The translations under genes and the position numbers were made by a program. This document shows, piece after piece, positions 32,771-33,019 of a DNA stretch of 33,019 bases (the first letter of the stretch is position 1; every line of letters starts with the position of its first letter). Below the pieces are notes generated by a model that did not search any database, was not told the DNA's origin, and saw only the letters and a program-made list of their open reading frames with translations. The stretch covers positions 1 to 33,019 of the forward strand of contig JYFJ02004323.1 of the NCBI GenBank assembly GCA_000934665.2. Direction: 5' to 3'. The DNA comes from Catajapyx aquilonaris. Taxonomy: Eukaryota.

Positions 32771-33019
32771 TGGGGTGTAATTGTGGCAAAATGACATACT
32801 ATAATTTATTATGAAAATGACCAGCAGCAGGTAAAGGGGTGAGGACCTGGCTGCAAGTAGGCTCCTTCCGCCCTGGCTACGACCCAGGGCCAACCCACCC
32901 CTGCGGCCATCTACCTCTTTGGACCAGGACCAGCAGCAAGAAAAAGGAGGTACCGGCAAAGCCTGACTTCGCGAGATGGGAAGCAGCTGCTAGTCAATTT
33001 TCTGCGCGCAAACCCCCCC

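Overview
Eukaryotic, intron-containing invertebrate (probably arthropod) genomic DNA. Most entries in the ORF track are exon fragments or spurious. The first ~14 kb is a compact gene block: the last exon of a divergent ionotropic receptor, a single 5S rRNA gene on the minus strand, a two-exon THAP gene that looks like a truncated, domesticated P-element transposase, a six-exon mitochondrial CLPB/Skd3 gene, and a polyprenol reductase (SRD5A3) gene with four coding exons. A Tc1/mariner deletion derivative lies in the first SRD5A3 coding intron, and a small MITE lies upstream of its ATG. The remaining ~19 kb has no confidently identifiable gene and is rich in foldback structures and repeats. The most striking is a 2.2-2.8 kb palindrome (27.1-29.8 kb). 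Its ~0.9 kb arms have a near-identical core with degenerate edges, and each arm carries two inward-facing tRNA-derived Pol III promoter cassettes. All identities and alignments were done by eye.
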